NCBI GenBank assembly: GCA_002269645.1 | Contig: NIVC01000337.1 | Coordinates: forward strand, 310,001 to 374,000 | Length of the DNA stretch: 64,000 bases | Reading direction: 5' to 3' | Source: Macrostomum lignano | Lineage: Eukaryota | Shown here: in pieces, positions 13,708 to 25,722 of the stretch | Numbering within the stretch: the first letter of the stretch is position 1 | Layout: each line of letters starts with the position of its first letter | Program-made: the position numbers and the translations under genes | Notes under the pieces: generated by a model | Seen by the model: only the letters and a program-made list of their open reading frames with translations | What the model was told of the DNA's origin: nothing | Databases searched by the model: none

Positions 13708-14810
13708 GTGGACCAAGCTGAGGATTTGGAGACAGCGGTGGACCAAGCTGAGGATTTGGAGACAGCGGTGGACCAAATTGAGGGTTTGGAGACAGCGGTG
13801 GACCAAGCTGAGGATTTGGAGACAGCGGTGGACCAAATTGAGGGTTTGGAGACAGCGGTGGACCAAGCTGAGGATTTGGAGACAGCGGTGGACCAAGCTG
13901 AGGATTTGGAGACAGCAGTAAACCAAGCTGAGGATTTGAAGACAGCGGTGGACCAAGCTGAGGATTTGGAGACAGCAGTAAACCAAGTTGAGGATTTGAA
14001 GACAGCGGTGGACCAAGCTGAGGATTTAGAGACAGCGGTGGACCAAGCTGAGGATTTGGAGACAGCGGTGGACCAAGCTGAGGATTTAGAGACAGCGGTG
14101 GACCAAGCTGAGGATTTGGAGACAGCGGTGGACCAAGTTGAGGATTTGGAGACAGCGATGGACCAAGTTGAGGGTTTGGAGACAGCGGTGGACCAAGTTG
14201 AGGATTTGAAGACAGCGGTGGACCAAGTTGAGGATTTGGAGACAGCGGTGGACCAAGTTGAGGATTTGGAGACAGCGGTGGACCAAGCTGAGGATTTGGA
14301 GACAGCGGTGGACCAAGCTGAGGATTTGGAGACAGCAGTAAACCAAGCTGAGGATTTGTAGACAGCGGTGGACCAAGCTGAGGATTTGGAGACAGCAGTA
14401 AACCAAGCTGAGGATTTGGAGACAGCGGTGGACCAAGCTGAGGATTTGGAGACAGCGGTGGACCAAGTTGAGGATTTGGAGACAGCGGTGGACCAAGTTG
14501 AGGATTTGGAGACAGCGGTGGACCAAGCTGAGGATTTGGAGACAGCAGTAAACCAAGCTGAGGATTTGGAGACAGCGGTGGACCAAGTTGAGGATTTGGA
14601 GACAGCGGTGGACCAAGCTGAGGATTTGGAGACAGCGGTGGACCAAGCTGAGGATTTGGAGACAGCGGTGGACCAAGCTGAGGATTTGGAGACAGCGGTG
14701 GACCAAGCTGAGGATTTGGAGACAGCAGTAAACCAAGTTGAGGATTTGAAGTCAGCAGCAAGTAAACAGAGGATTTGAAGTCAGCAGCAAGTAAACAGAG
14801 GATTTGAAGT
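13708..14810. repeat. 30-bp minisatellite (GACCAAGCTGAGGATTTGGAGACAGCGGTG)n ending in a related 29-bp unit
   Basis: About 35 units read directly; explains ORFs 13661-14917 and 13708-14778. Confidence 0.98.
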
Positions 14811-15161
14811 ACGTCAGTAGCAGGCCAAAGATCAGTAGTGAGTCCAAAAAAATCGACAAACAACAGAAGCCAGTTAAGTTTCTTACCAATAATAATCAGA
14901 GCACTGCTGCCAGACAAAAAGAGTTATTTAGCATCATTTTCACCGCTATATTTTATGTACACAGACAGAACAGGTTGACGCAACAGGCAGAGCGGAAATG
15001 CACCGGAAGCCAGCGGGATTCAAGCAGCTTGCGAGCAGTACACACAATTTAACTGGAAATTTACGAACTAAACCCAAGCATTGATTAGGAAAATTTGCAC
15101 AAGCCTAATTTGCTATGAAAATTGGAACTAGAGCTGTTTCATCGATTGCGCTAATTCTGTT

Positions 15162-15902
15162 TCACTCGAATTTCGTCCGCTTAGCCGGCGGTCCTTCGCT
15201 GTGCCGCCGATCGCCAAAGCCACCGCCTCGGCCGCCGCCGCGGTCAAAGCCGCCGCGACCGCCGCCGCGGTCAAAGCCGCCCCGACCGCCGCCGCGACCG
15301 CGGTCAAAGCCGCCACCGCGACCTCCGCGTCCACGGTCAAAGCCACCGCGACCGCCACCCCGCCCGCGATCAAAGCCGCCGCCGCGGCCGCCACCGCCTC
15401 GGCCCCTATCGAAGCCGCCCCGACCGCGGTCCCCGCCGCGTCCGCCCCTGCCGCCCCTCGGAGCGCCGCGCGGCTGCGGCAGAAACCTGGCTAACGGCAG
15501 CAGCTTCATGGAGTCGATGAACACCTTCGTGTCCTTGCCGAGCGACTGGCACTTCACGCCGGGCGCCATCTTTACGGAGAAGTACGCGTCCTTGATGGGA
15601 CCGAATATCTCGTCCACCTTGCCGATTTGCTCCTTGTTCTCCAGGAAGATGGGCGCATTGAAGTAGGGAATCTTCTCGTGCGTCAGCTTGCACACCATGT
15701 CCTCCACGCACGGCTGCATGAAGTAGCCGACCTCGTCCACGCTGGCCGGCGGGCCCTGGTCCTCGTACCGGCCGCCGCCTCCGCCACCGCGGCCGCCTCG
15801 GAAACCGCCGCCTCGGAAGCCGCCGCCGCGACCTCCGCGAAATCCGCCACCGCCGCCGCGACCTCCTCCGCGACCGCCGCCGCCACCGCCTCTGAATCCC
15901 AT
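15162..15902 (-). CDS. GAR1: H/ACA snoRNP subunit GAR1 (246 aa, intronless CDS; probable 47-nt 5'UTR intron 15951-15905)
   Basis: N- and C-terminal RGG/FRGG tracts flank the core [12 protein letters not shown]...[25 protein letters not shown]...YFSVK...[10 protein letters not shown]. Confidence 0.97.
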   Translation of the reverse strand: MGFRGGGGGGRGGGRGGGGGFRGGRGGGFRGGGFRGGRGGGGGGRYEDQGPPASVDEVGYFMQPCVEDMVCKLTHEKIPYFNAPIFLENKEQIGKVDEIFGPIKDAYFSVKMAPGVKCQSLGKDTKVFIDSMKLLPLARFLPQPRGAPRGGRGGRGGDRGRGGFDRGRGGGGRGGGFDRGRGGGRGGFDRGRGGRGGGFDRGRGGGRGGFDRGGGRGGFDRGGGRGGGFGDRRHSEGPPAKRTKFE

Positions 15903-16026
15903 GGCTGCAAGCGACAAGTTGAATGAATAAAAAACTGATGTTGCTGCTTACGGCAGGCAACAAGTTATAAAATAATTTCTTCTTATCACTCAATGAAGCA
16001 GGCGACAAAAAACGAATCAATATCCC

Positions 16027-16530
16027 ATGGCGTCACTGCTGCATACATGAAACTAACTAGGGTCCTATGACGTCACTGCTGTATACATTAAACTAACTAG
16101 GGTTGTATGACGTCACTGCTGCATAAACGAAACTAACTAGAGTCCTATGACGTCACTGCTGCATACACGAAACTAACTAGGGTCCTTTGACGTCACTGCT
16201 GCATACATGAAACTAACTACTAGGGTCCTATGACGTCACTGCTGCATACATGAAACTAACTAGGGTCCTATGACGTCACTGCTGCATACATGAAACTAAC
16301 TAGGGTCCTATGACGTCACTGCTGCATACATGAAACTAACTAGGGTCCTATGACGTCACTGCTGCATACATGAAACTAACTAGGGTCCTATGACGTCACT
16401 GCTGCATACATGAAACTAACTAGAGTCCTATGACGTCACTGCTGCATACATGAAACTAACTAGGGTCCTATGACGTCACTGCTGTATAAATTAAACTAAC
16501 TAGGGTTGTATGACGTCACTGCTATATACA
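16027..16530. repeat. 40-bp minisatellite carrying TGACGTCA (CRE) in each unit
   Basis: Unit TGACGTCACTGCTGCATACATGAAACTAACTAGGGTCCTA; 12 perfect TGACGTCA counted (16068-16518). Confidence 0.97.
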
Positions 16531-16738
16531 GGAAACAAACTATAGACAAATGATGTCTCTTATAAACGCAGGATGAAATAAAGAAGTCAAGCCATTTTTA
16601 TTCTAATTTTCTCAATCATAAAACAAAATGAACTGCCTCAGTACGGCCCAGCAAAAAGTTATTATCGGTCGCATTTTCAATGCAATTGTTTCGCTTCTGT
16701 ACAAACCAGCACACAAACGCAAACGCACGCGCGCTAAC

Positions 16739-16764
16739 GGCGGGAAAATGCAGCTGCAGCCAAT
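16739..16764. promoter_or_regulatory. Candidate E2F site (GGCGGGAAAA) plus CCAAT box upstream of GAR1
   Basis: Consensus matches at 16739-16748 and 16759-16764; function is inferred only. Confidence 0.35.
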
Positions 16765-16994
16765 CGGGATTTTACCGCATAGAGACAGTTGCCATGCGGT
16801 AACAAGCGGGTAAAATATTAATTTTGGCTAACAGAACTGATGCACGATACGGATTTGGAGGGTGGAAATGCCGGGGAAAAAACAGAACTAGAGGGGCCAT
16901 CAGGGCCGTCAAAAATCAAATCCACGTTGCGTTTATGCTGCGTAGGAACAACTTTACCCTAGTAGTGGAATTTCCTCCAGCAAAGGGGTTTTAG

Positions 16995-17478
16995 TTACAT
17001 CTCTTCAGTAACTGAATTTCCCCATAGCAACAGATTTTCTCAGTAACTGAGTTTCCCCATAGCAACAGGAGCTTTCCTCAGTAGCTGAGTTCCCTCTAGC
17101 AACAGGAGATTCCCCGAGTAGCTGAGTTCCCCCTAGCAACAGGAGATTCCCCGAGTAGCTGAGTTCCCCCTAGCAACAGGAGCTTTCCTCAGTAACTGAG
17201 TTCCCCATAGCAACAGGAGCTTTCCTCAGTAGCTGAGTTCCCTCTAGCAACAGGAGATTCCCCGAGTAGCTGAGTTCCCCCTAGCAACAGGAGATTCCCC
17301 GAGTAGCTGAGTTCCCCCTAGCAACAGGAGCTTTCCTCAGTAACTGAGTTCCCCCATAGCAACAGAAGATTCCTTCAGTATCTGAGTTCCCCCTAGCAAC
17401 AGGAGCTTTCCTCAGTAACTGAGTTTCCCCATAGCAACAGGAGCTTTCCTCAGTAACTGAGTTCCCCTTAGCAACAGA
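16995..17478. repeat. ~37-bp minisatellite with internal hairpin (CTCAG-TAA-CTGAG), 3' of NOP58
   Basis: Units such as CTAGCAACAGGAGCTTTCCTCAGTAACTGAGTTCCCC read directly. Confidence 0.93.
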
Positions 17479-17655
17479 ATAATACAGCCTGCAGTCCAAC
17501 TCAATATAGATTTTGCAACTCAAGTAAAAATTGCTGCTACGCAGGTTGAGAAGCCCAAAATTCAAACAATAATAAAACGCATTTGTCAATTACGCCCAAA
17601 TAGTAACAGAATAGTTTTAAACAGCTAGCAACAGAGCCGAGGGCCCTGTTTTCCA

Positions 17656-20600
17656 TCAGGCCACGGACTGCCTGGCTTTCTTCTTTTTCTTCTTGTCGGA
17701 CTGGGGCGCCGCCGCCTCTTCTTCTTGAGGCTCCGCCGCGGCCGCCTCTTCGCGGTGCTTTTTCTTGGCCTTCTTGGCTGAGGCGGGCTGCTCCTCACCA
17801 GGCTCCTGCTTCACCTCCGCCTGCAATGCGAGTGCAAGGTGGGAAGTTCGTGATTTCGGGTCAGTCTAAAGTACAGTTCATCCTCTCGTAACTTGCATCG
17901 TTGCTCACTAGGAAACTTCTGTTTTCAGCTTTCACCGTTTCAGTTATCTTCTGTAACCCCACACTGATCCCATGGAGTCCCACACTGATCCCATGGAGTC
18001 CCACACTGATCTCGTGGATTCCCCACACTGATCCCATAGAGTCCCACACTGATCCCATGGAGTCCCACACTGATCCCATGGAGTCCCACACTGATCTCGT
18101 GGATTCCCCACACTGATCCCATAGAGTCCCACACTGATCCCATGGAGTCCCACACTGATCCCATGGAGTGCCACACTGATCCCATGGAGTCCCACACTGA
18201 TCCCATGGAGTCCCACACTGATCCCATGGAGTCCCACACTGATCCCATGGAGTCCCACACTGATCCCATGGAGTCCCACACTGATCCCATGGAGTCCCAC
18301 ACTGATCCCATGGAGTCCCACACTGATCCCATGGAGTCCCACACTGATGCCATGGAGTCCCACACTGATCCCATGGAGTCCCACACTGATCCCATGGAGT
18401 CCCACACTGATCCCATAGAGTCCCACACTGATCCCATGGAGTCCCACACTGATCTCATGGAATCCCACACTGATCTCGTGGATTCCCCACACTGATCCCA
18501 TGGAGTGCCACACTGATCCCATGGAGTCCCACACTGATCTCGTGGATTCCCCACACTGATCCCATGGAGTGCCACACTGATCCCATGGAGTCCCACACTG
18601 ATCTCATGGAATCCCACACTGATCTCGTGGATTCCCCACACTGATCCCATGGAGTGCCACACTGATCCCATGGAGTCCCACACTGATCTCGTGGATTCCC
18701 CACACTGATCCCATGGAGTGCCACACTGATCCCATGGAATCCCACACTGATCCCAGGGAATCCCCATACTGATCCCAGGGAATCCCCACACTGATTCCAG
18801 GGAATCCTCACACTGATCCCAAGGAAACCAACAAACTGATCCCAGGGAATTTTCATACTTCTCAAGGAAGTTTCATACTGACATATCATTTTCGTGAGTC
18901 CTTTTATACCCCAACAAATGCCGCAACAAGCGCAGCGCCACTCTCACCGCCTGCTCATCGCGCTGCTGCTTCTTTTTCTTCTTTGGCGGCGACGAAGCTG
19001 ACGCAGCCTCGGAGTCGCCGTCTCCGCCGACGGCTGCAGCCGGCCGCTTCTCGCCGCGCTGCTCGGCGTTGGCGGCCGAAGCGTCGGCGTCCCGCTTGCC
19101 GGTGTAGCCGGCGCCGGAGGGCCCGAAGTCCGGCACGAAGCGGTCCGACTGGGCGCGGGCCCGGCCGAGGCCGCCGCGGCCGCCGCCTCCGGACTCCAGG
19201 CTCTTGAGCCGGCGCTCCAGGTACGCCCTGCTGGCCAGGCCCATGTCCGGGCCGACGCTGTCGCCTTCGCCCAGTGCGTCAACGCGGATGGCCAGAGCGG
19301 TCTTGGCGGCCAGCATGCGGGAGATTTTGCCTTTGATCTTGGCGTTGGCCTGACCGACCAGGGAGGCGTGGTACAGCAGGCCGTACTTCGGAGTCTGGTG
19401 CTTGGTCTTGAGCGCGCGGAATAGCGCCTTCTCGGCGCCGAGAATCTGCACCGTTGATGACGGGTGCTTGGCCAGAGACAGCAGTGTGCCGGCGTGAGAG
19501 ATCAGGCGGGCGCCGACCAGCTCGCCGACCAGAACCGTCAGATTTGGCGCCACGGCATTCATGCGGCTGCGAATGTAGTCATAGAGCTGAGTCCGGTATT
19601 CGCTCATCTCGGACACCTGGTCGCACATTGAGTGCACTGCGACCAAATCCGCATCCGTCATCTCCGTGCCCAGCGACACCAAAGCGGCGTTGCGCACATC
19701 TTCAATTATCTGTGGGGAATGAGTTCGGGTTGGTGTACATGCTGGGATGGGATTGGCGTACATGCTGGGGATGGGATTGGCGTACATGCTGGGATGGGAT
19801 TGGCTTACATGCTGAGGATGGGATTGGCGTACATGCTGGGGATGGGATTGGCGTACATGCTGGGGATGGGATTGGTGTACATGCTGGGATGGGATTGGCT
19901 TACATGCTGGGATGGGATTGGCGTACATGCTGGGGATGGGATTGGTGTACATGCTGGGGATGGGATTGGCGTACATGCTGGGGATGGGATTGGCGTACAT
20001 GCTGGGGATGGGATGGGATGGTGTTAGAGTGTTTACAGAAACACTCATTTAGAACTCAGCAGACAGCAGAGTGAAGTCACACAAACCTCTTCCGGCAGGC
20101 ACTCGGTCAGGTCGGTGCTAATGGCATTCTCACGCAGTCCCATGGTTTTGACGGCTTTGACGTAGGCCTGGCCATCCTGCACAATCTTGGCCAGCTCGGG
20201 AAAGTGCCAGCCGTACATCTCCTTGACGCGCATCACGTAGTTGTTGGTTTCCTTGTCCAGGTCGTCCAGCAGGGAGATGGCCTGCACAATCATTGTGTCG
20301 ATCTTGTCGGGGCTGAACTTCAGCTTGTACCTGCAGGGTGTTGGCAGCGGGTTAATGGGTGAAGGAACAGAATTTATTGCTAATCAAGACAAAGAGTACA
20401 TGGATAAAAAACAATGGCTCGCTAATCTGGCATGGCCTATATTGACGAAGGAACATAATGGATTGCTAATTTAGTCAACAAAGAGCAAGATGGATTGCTA
20501 ATCTGGTCAACAAAGAGCAAGATGGATTGCTAATCTAGTCAACAAAGAGCAAGATGGATTGCTAATCTAGTCATCAGAGAGCAAGATGGATTGCTAATCT

Positions 20601-21434
20601 AGTCAACAAAGAGCAAGATGGATTGCTAATCTAGTCAACAGAGAGCAAGATGGATTGCTAATCTAGTCAACAAAGAGCAAGATGGATTGCTAATCTAGTC
20701 AACAAAGAGCAAGATGGATTGCTAATCTAGTCAACAAAGAGCAAGATGGACTGCTAATCTAGTCAACAAAGAGCAAGATGGATTGCTAATCTAGTCAACA
20801 GAGAGCAAGATGGATTGCTAATCTAGTCAACAAAGAGCAAGATGGATTGCTAATCTAGTCAACAGAGAGCAAGATGGATTGCTAATCTAGTCAACAAAGA
20901 GCAAGATGGATTGCTAATCTAGTCAACAAAGAGCAAGATGGATTGCTAATCCAGCCAAAACAGCTCGCACGCAATGTGAGCTTACCTGCTCAGGCTGTGC
21001 GCCAGTCCCAGCTGCATAGCCGCCATCTCTCGCGGCGCCACCTGGGGCAGCAGGGCGTCTATTTGGGACCGGATCGCCCGCACCAGCTCCATCACGGCCG
21101 AGCTGCACACGCAGCCGATGCCCAGCTTCTCCTTGATGGCGCTGCCCAGCCGAGAGTCGGCAACGCCGAGAACTCCGTCGAGCACTTCGGTGGTCTGCAG
21201 TTTGCGCAATGCCTTGCGCAGCTTCTTGCTGATGCGGCCCTCCAGCAGGGAAGTGGTGGCTGCCAGGGCCTCCGTAATGTCATCGAACTTGACAAACTGA
21301 CACAGCTGAACGGCCGAGGCGGCGGCGGAGGCGTCGGCAAAGTCGCCGAGCACATTCTGGCTCTCCACTAGCCGCTTCTCGTCTAGCACCTTGAAGATGG
21401 CGAAGCCGGCGGAGGACTCGAGTAGCACTAGCAT
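17656..21434 (-). CDS. NOP58: Box C/D snoRNP core protein NOP58 (539 aa)
   Basis: Exons 21434-20986, 20330-20087, 19709-18948 and 17820-17656 (1620 nt, in phase). Motifs [87 protein letters not shown]; Lys-rich tail. Confidence 0.96.
17957..18845. repeat. 21-bp minisatellite (CCCACACTGATCCCATGGAGT)n in NOP58 intron 3
   Basis: Read directly. Confidence 0.97.
19733..20020. repeat. 23-24-bp minisatellite (GGGATGGGATTGGCGTACATGCTG)n in NOP58 intron 2
   Basis: Read directly. Confidence 0.96.
20458..20952. repeat. 32-bp minisatellite (GATGGATTGCTAATCTAGTCAACAAAGAGCAA)n in NOP58 intron 1
   Basis: Read directly. Confidence 0.97.
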
Positions 21435-21689
21435 TGGGGAGCTGCGCCGCGGTTCATGCATACAGTGCATAGTTTTGTTTCCAGATCAGTAAGTCAAGGG
21501 GGCATTAGTCAGTGCTGCAATTTAAGACGCTCTCAAACTGGCCCTGAGCCAGTCCTGCCACTTGTATCTCAAATCCTCTCTACAAAATAGTACCGCTGTA
21601 ACCAAAACTTTCCCATATCCATCTCTTTTTCTCATAGCTTATCCACATCACTTAGCTAATTAATTTACTGATTAAAAATAAATTAAGCG

Positions 21690-22185
21690 TCATGTCAAAC
21701 ATAAAATAAGTCATGTCAGACAAAATAAGTGACGTCAAACATAAAAAAGTCATGTCAGACATAAAATAAGTCATGTCAAACATAAAAAAAGTCATGTCAG
21801 ACAAAATAAGTGACGTCAAACATAAAAAAGTCATGTCAGACAAAATAAGTGACGTCAAACATAAAAAAGTCATGTCAGACATAAAATAAATCATGTCAGA
21901 CATAAAATAAATCATGTCAGACATAAAATAAGTCATGTCAGACATAAAATAAATCATGTCAGACATAAAATAAATCATGTCAGACATAAAATAAGTCATG
22001 TCAGACATAAAATAAGTCATGTCAGACATAAAATAAATCATGTCAGACATACAATAAGTCATGTCAGACATAAAAAATAAGTCATGTCAGATATAAAATA
22101 AATCATGTCAGACATAAAATAAGTCATGTCAGACATAAAATAAGTCATGTCAGACATAAAATAAGTCATGTCAGACATAAAAGAA
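21690..22185. repeat. 20-21-bp minisatellite (GTCATGTCAGACATAAAATAA)n upstream of NOP58; three units carry TGACGTCA
   Basis: Read directly; TGACGTCA at 21730, 21811 and 21850. Confidence 0.96.
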
Positions 22186-22244
22186 GCGTCATGTAAAAAT
22201 AAATGAGGCGTCACGTGAAACTGTGCAGTGACTCTTTGGGAGAG

Positions 22245-22465
22245 TTACTGAGATGTCAAGGCTTACTGGGGGAATTGCTGAGATTCCAAGGCTTACTGGG
22301 GGAATTGCTGATTTTAAGGCTCATGGGGAGATAGCTGAGATGCCAAGGCTTATGGGGGAATAGCTGAGATGCCAAGGCTTATGGGGGAATAGCCAAGATG
22401 CCAAGGTTACAGGGGTATTGCTGATGTCAAGGCTGGGAGGGGGGAATTTTGAGATGTCAAGGCTA
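22245..22465. repeat. Degenerate ~28-bp tandem repeat (GCTGAGATGCCAAGGCTTATGGGGGAAT)
   Basis: Read directly; related units recur near 26790-26850. Confidence 0.75.
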
Positions 22466-22689
22466 AGGTCAGAAGCTACGAGCATACATGTAGTTTATTA
22501 AAAAATTGTACTCCATTCTTTGTTGGCTTCCCAATATGGGGTGCTTATTGCTAGTCATTCACCATAACTTAAGAGTTAAATATCAATAGTGATTCAAGTG
22601 CATCCCTAGGCCCCATGCATTGAAATTAAAAAAATATTCATCTGAACTTTAGTCCCCACCATTCCAACCATACAATAGAGAGCACAAGA

Positions 22690-23060
22690 AATACCCACAA
22701 GCGAATTGTCCACCAAGTTTTTTTCCTGCAGTGCATTTAGCCATGCGGCAGATTTTGTCTACCCAATGCTTAGTAAGTTTTAATAAAGAGATTTACCTGA
22801 TAAAAATGTTTTGATAGTAACTGCATATCAAATATATTTGGGGGGGGGGGCAATGCAGACAGAATCTAGCTGCCAAATTTGCTGCAGGAAAAAAGCATTG
22901 CAGGCAAACCTTGGTGGGAAAAAACTTGGTGGGCAATTCACTCGCGGGCAAATTGCACTGTGGGCAAATCTTGGCAGGCAATTTTCCATGGGCAATTCAC
23001 TCATAGGCAAAATGCTCTATAGGCAAATCTCTATGGGCAATTTGTCTGCAGGCTATTCTT
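22690..23060. repeat. Degenerate element with imperfect inverted repeat and GGCAAAT/GGCAATT short repeats
   Basis: GCGAATTGTCCACCAAGTTTTTT (~22702) is inverted relative to AAAAAACTTGGTGGGCAATTCACTCGC (~22918). Confidence 0.5.
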
Positions 23061-23592
23061 ATGGACCCCATGCAATATGAACATTGTGTCAAAAATCGAT
23101 TGCTTGAGTCCCTAACCCTAGCAAATAATACTCAATAGAGGACCTAGACATAGGAAATATATATATTCCGATAACTATACTTATCTATATGGCCTCTAAA
23201 AACTTCAACATCTTTAACTTCCTATAACCATATCCATAGCTATATACAGTAGAACTTTACTAAAAAACTAAGTAAATAGTACTCTATTATATACTTATAC
23301 AAATTAACTTGGCCAATTTTACTCAATGTCCATCATAAAATATATTAAAATGGTTTTTATTTATAAAAAAATATTTTCTCTTTTATTCCAATGCAGCACA
23401 ATATATTTGTTTTTAGACAGACTGAAAATTTGTATTTTGAATCAATGCAAAATCATATGGCTGGAATGAAAGATTTATCTTTAGCAAATAGCGCAACTTA
23501 GTGCTAGGCAGCTGTAATTTAGTCACAACTTAGTAGTTATGCAATTAAATTATCCTAGTAGTAATTTAATCAAACCAAAACTATGGCTGGTA

Positions 23593-24522
23593 TAGAGATG
23601 TTCCAAAAGCAAATTTTCTATCGAAATCGAAATCAAAATTGAAATTCGCTACTTTTTGAAATCAAAATCAAAATCGAAATTTTCCGAAATCGTAATTCAG
23701 AAAAACAAAGTTTAGTACAACCGACACTCACTTTTCTACTTTTGATTTACTGCTCATGCAAAACAAAATACATGTATGTTTAGCAGCAGTTTGTTTATTT
23801 TTGGCCACTAAATAAGTAGAATCCCTCATTGCCACTTTTAAATGCAAAATTTTTTTTTCGACGCAAAAGCTTCATATCTGTAAATGTGTTAAGTAATTTA
23901 TTTGAACTAGTGCCTTTAAAAGAAACACTAAGGCGCGTATATTGCATTACTAGATGGTATTAAAGCACGGCAGCAAAGTGCGCCTTTTCCCTGCTAGACA
24001 AAACAAATTTCTCTGCCTTTATCCGTCTAGGCGGTAGGGTATAGTGTGCATACTGAGTTGTACATATATAAAATGTACAGTGAAAATGTACATGTATCAC
24101 TGCATGACTAGCAATAACTAAGATCGTGTAAACGATAATGCATGTACATGTACGGTAAATGTACATATATATACTGTAAAATGCGAAAAAAATGCAATAT
24201 ATCAGCAGACGCTTTTGCAGCTTTAAAGTGCAACAAAATTTATGAAAATTTACAGTTCCATATGTACAAACTACCATGTTACATGTCCTACATGCATGGA
24301 ACAGTTTTAACAAATTCAAATAGTTTTACATGTAAAAATTGTATAATATCACTGATAAAAGACAGTAACAAAGTTCTAAAAAAACTAAAATCAGATAAAA
24401 ATTTCGGAAGTAGGCACTTCCAAAATTTTGACTTCTGAAATTTTTTCGAAATTGAAATTTGCTCTAAAAAAATCCAAATTTTGGAAAATTGAAATCGAAA
24501 TCGAAATTTCGGAACATCTCTA
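23593..24522. mobile_element. 930-bp non-autonomous hAT-type DNA transposon
   Basis: 12-bp TIR TAGAGATGTTCC, perfect 8-bp TSD GGCTGGTA (23585-23592 and 24523-24530), subterminal AAATCG/AAATTG arrays, no transposase ORF. Confidence 0.93.
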
Positions 24523-25424
24523 GGCTGGTAACCTACTTGTACTAAAAGCAATTGTAATAACAATGTTGGGCACCATTAATGAAAATCTTAACTTCCATTA
24601 ATGGCAAAAGCATTAGCGTTAAAACAAAAAATATTAACTTATTAACTCTTAATTTCATTAAGTTAACTGAAATAGTTATTTGTTAATAAGCATTAATCCA
24701 TTAAAGTTAACATAGAAAATACAGAAATTTGGCATTTTTTTCCAAGACTTTTATAATGCACTGTCTTTGTTTTTCTATCTTTTTAGCAAAACACAGGTTA
24801 TCTAAGGGATTTACAGGCCAAGAAAGTCAATAATAAATTCAAAAACATGTATGTATAATATTATTAAAACTAAGCATATGGAAAAGAGGTAACTTGTTTA
24901 TTTGAAACTTAAAAGCTAATTAGTTAATAATAAAATATGAATAAGAAGGCTGTTTTAGTAGCATTAGTAGACATAGAAAAAAGTTACAAAAGATTGGGAA
25001 AGAAGTGAATCAATTCTTTTCATTTTTATTTGCATATTATCAAGACTTTTAAATATGTCAGATAAGTATTTAATTGGAATTATACTGCTAGGCCTATCAC
25101 TTAGGCTTATAAAGTGGAGACCATGTAACCTATATATATATATGATATATCATTCTGCTCACAGAGTCACAGTGATACCAAGAAGCTAAATTTGGCAAAA
25201 ATGTTATAAAAATTGGACCTGGGATAGGAGAGAATTAGCAAAGGGACAATTTGAATTAGGGACTATTATGTTAATTTAACCTCATAAGGTAAGAGTCTCT
25301 AATTATCCCTTTGCTCATTCTCTTATCCTGAGGTCTAACTTTAGTAACTTTTTTGTCAAATCTAGGCCTAGCTTTTTGGTATTACTACATATAAATATAA
25401 GCAAATTGATATATCATTTATACA

Positions 25425-25722
25425 CATAGATTACTTGGGCTCTACTTTATAAGCTTAAGTTGACAAGCCCTTTCAGGTTGCGCTATTAGTTATATAGGCC
25501 CAATAATTATAATAGAATTTTTTTATATATTCCTATAAATATAAATATAATATTTATTTATATTTAGTATATTGGTTCCCAGGTCCAATAGCAATATAAA
25601 TATAATATTTATAGGAATATATAAAAAAATTCTATTATAATTATTGGGCCTATATAACTAATAGCGCAACCTGAAAGGGCTTGTCAACTTAAGCTTATAA
25701 AGTAGAGCCCAAGTAATCTATG
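25425..25722. repeat. Long inverted repeat: ~118-bp perfect arms (25425-25542, 25605-25722) with ~62-bp spacer
   Basis: Arm-by-arm reverse complement checked by eye: CATAGATTACTTGGGC...TCCTATAAATAT versus ATATTTATAGGA...GCCCAAGTAATCTATG. Confidence 0.93.

Noticed and set aside
15905-15951. SL trans-splice acceptor 2 nt upstream of the GAR1 ATG
   Set aside because: A good cis donor (GTAAGC at 15951) lies 47 nt upstream and explains the acceptor as a short 5'UTR intron; not accepted as evidence of trans-splicing.
16027-17478. CRISPR-like appearance of the 37-40-bp repeats
   Set aside because: The units are head-to-tail with no unique spacers, there are no cas genes, and the context is eukaryotic.
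17821-20985. Intronic snoRNAs in NOP58 (a known host gene in vertebrates)
   Set aside because: No canonical RTGATGA...CTGA pair with a terminal stem was found by eye. A weak GGATGA...CTGA near 17860-17890 (minus strand) lacks box C; snoscan/Infernal would be needed.
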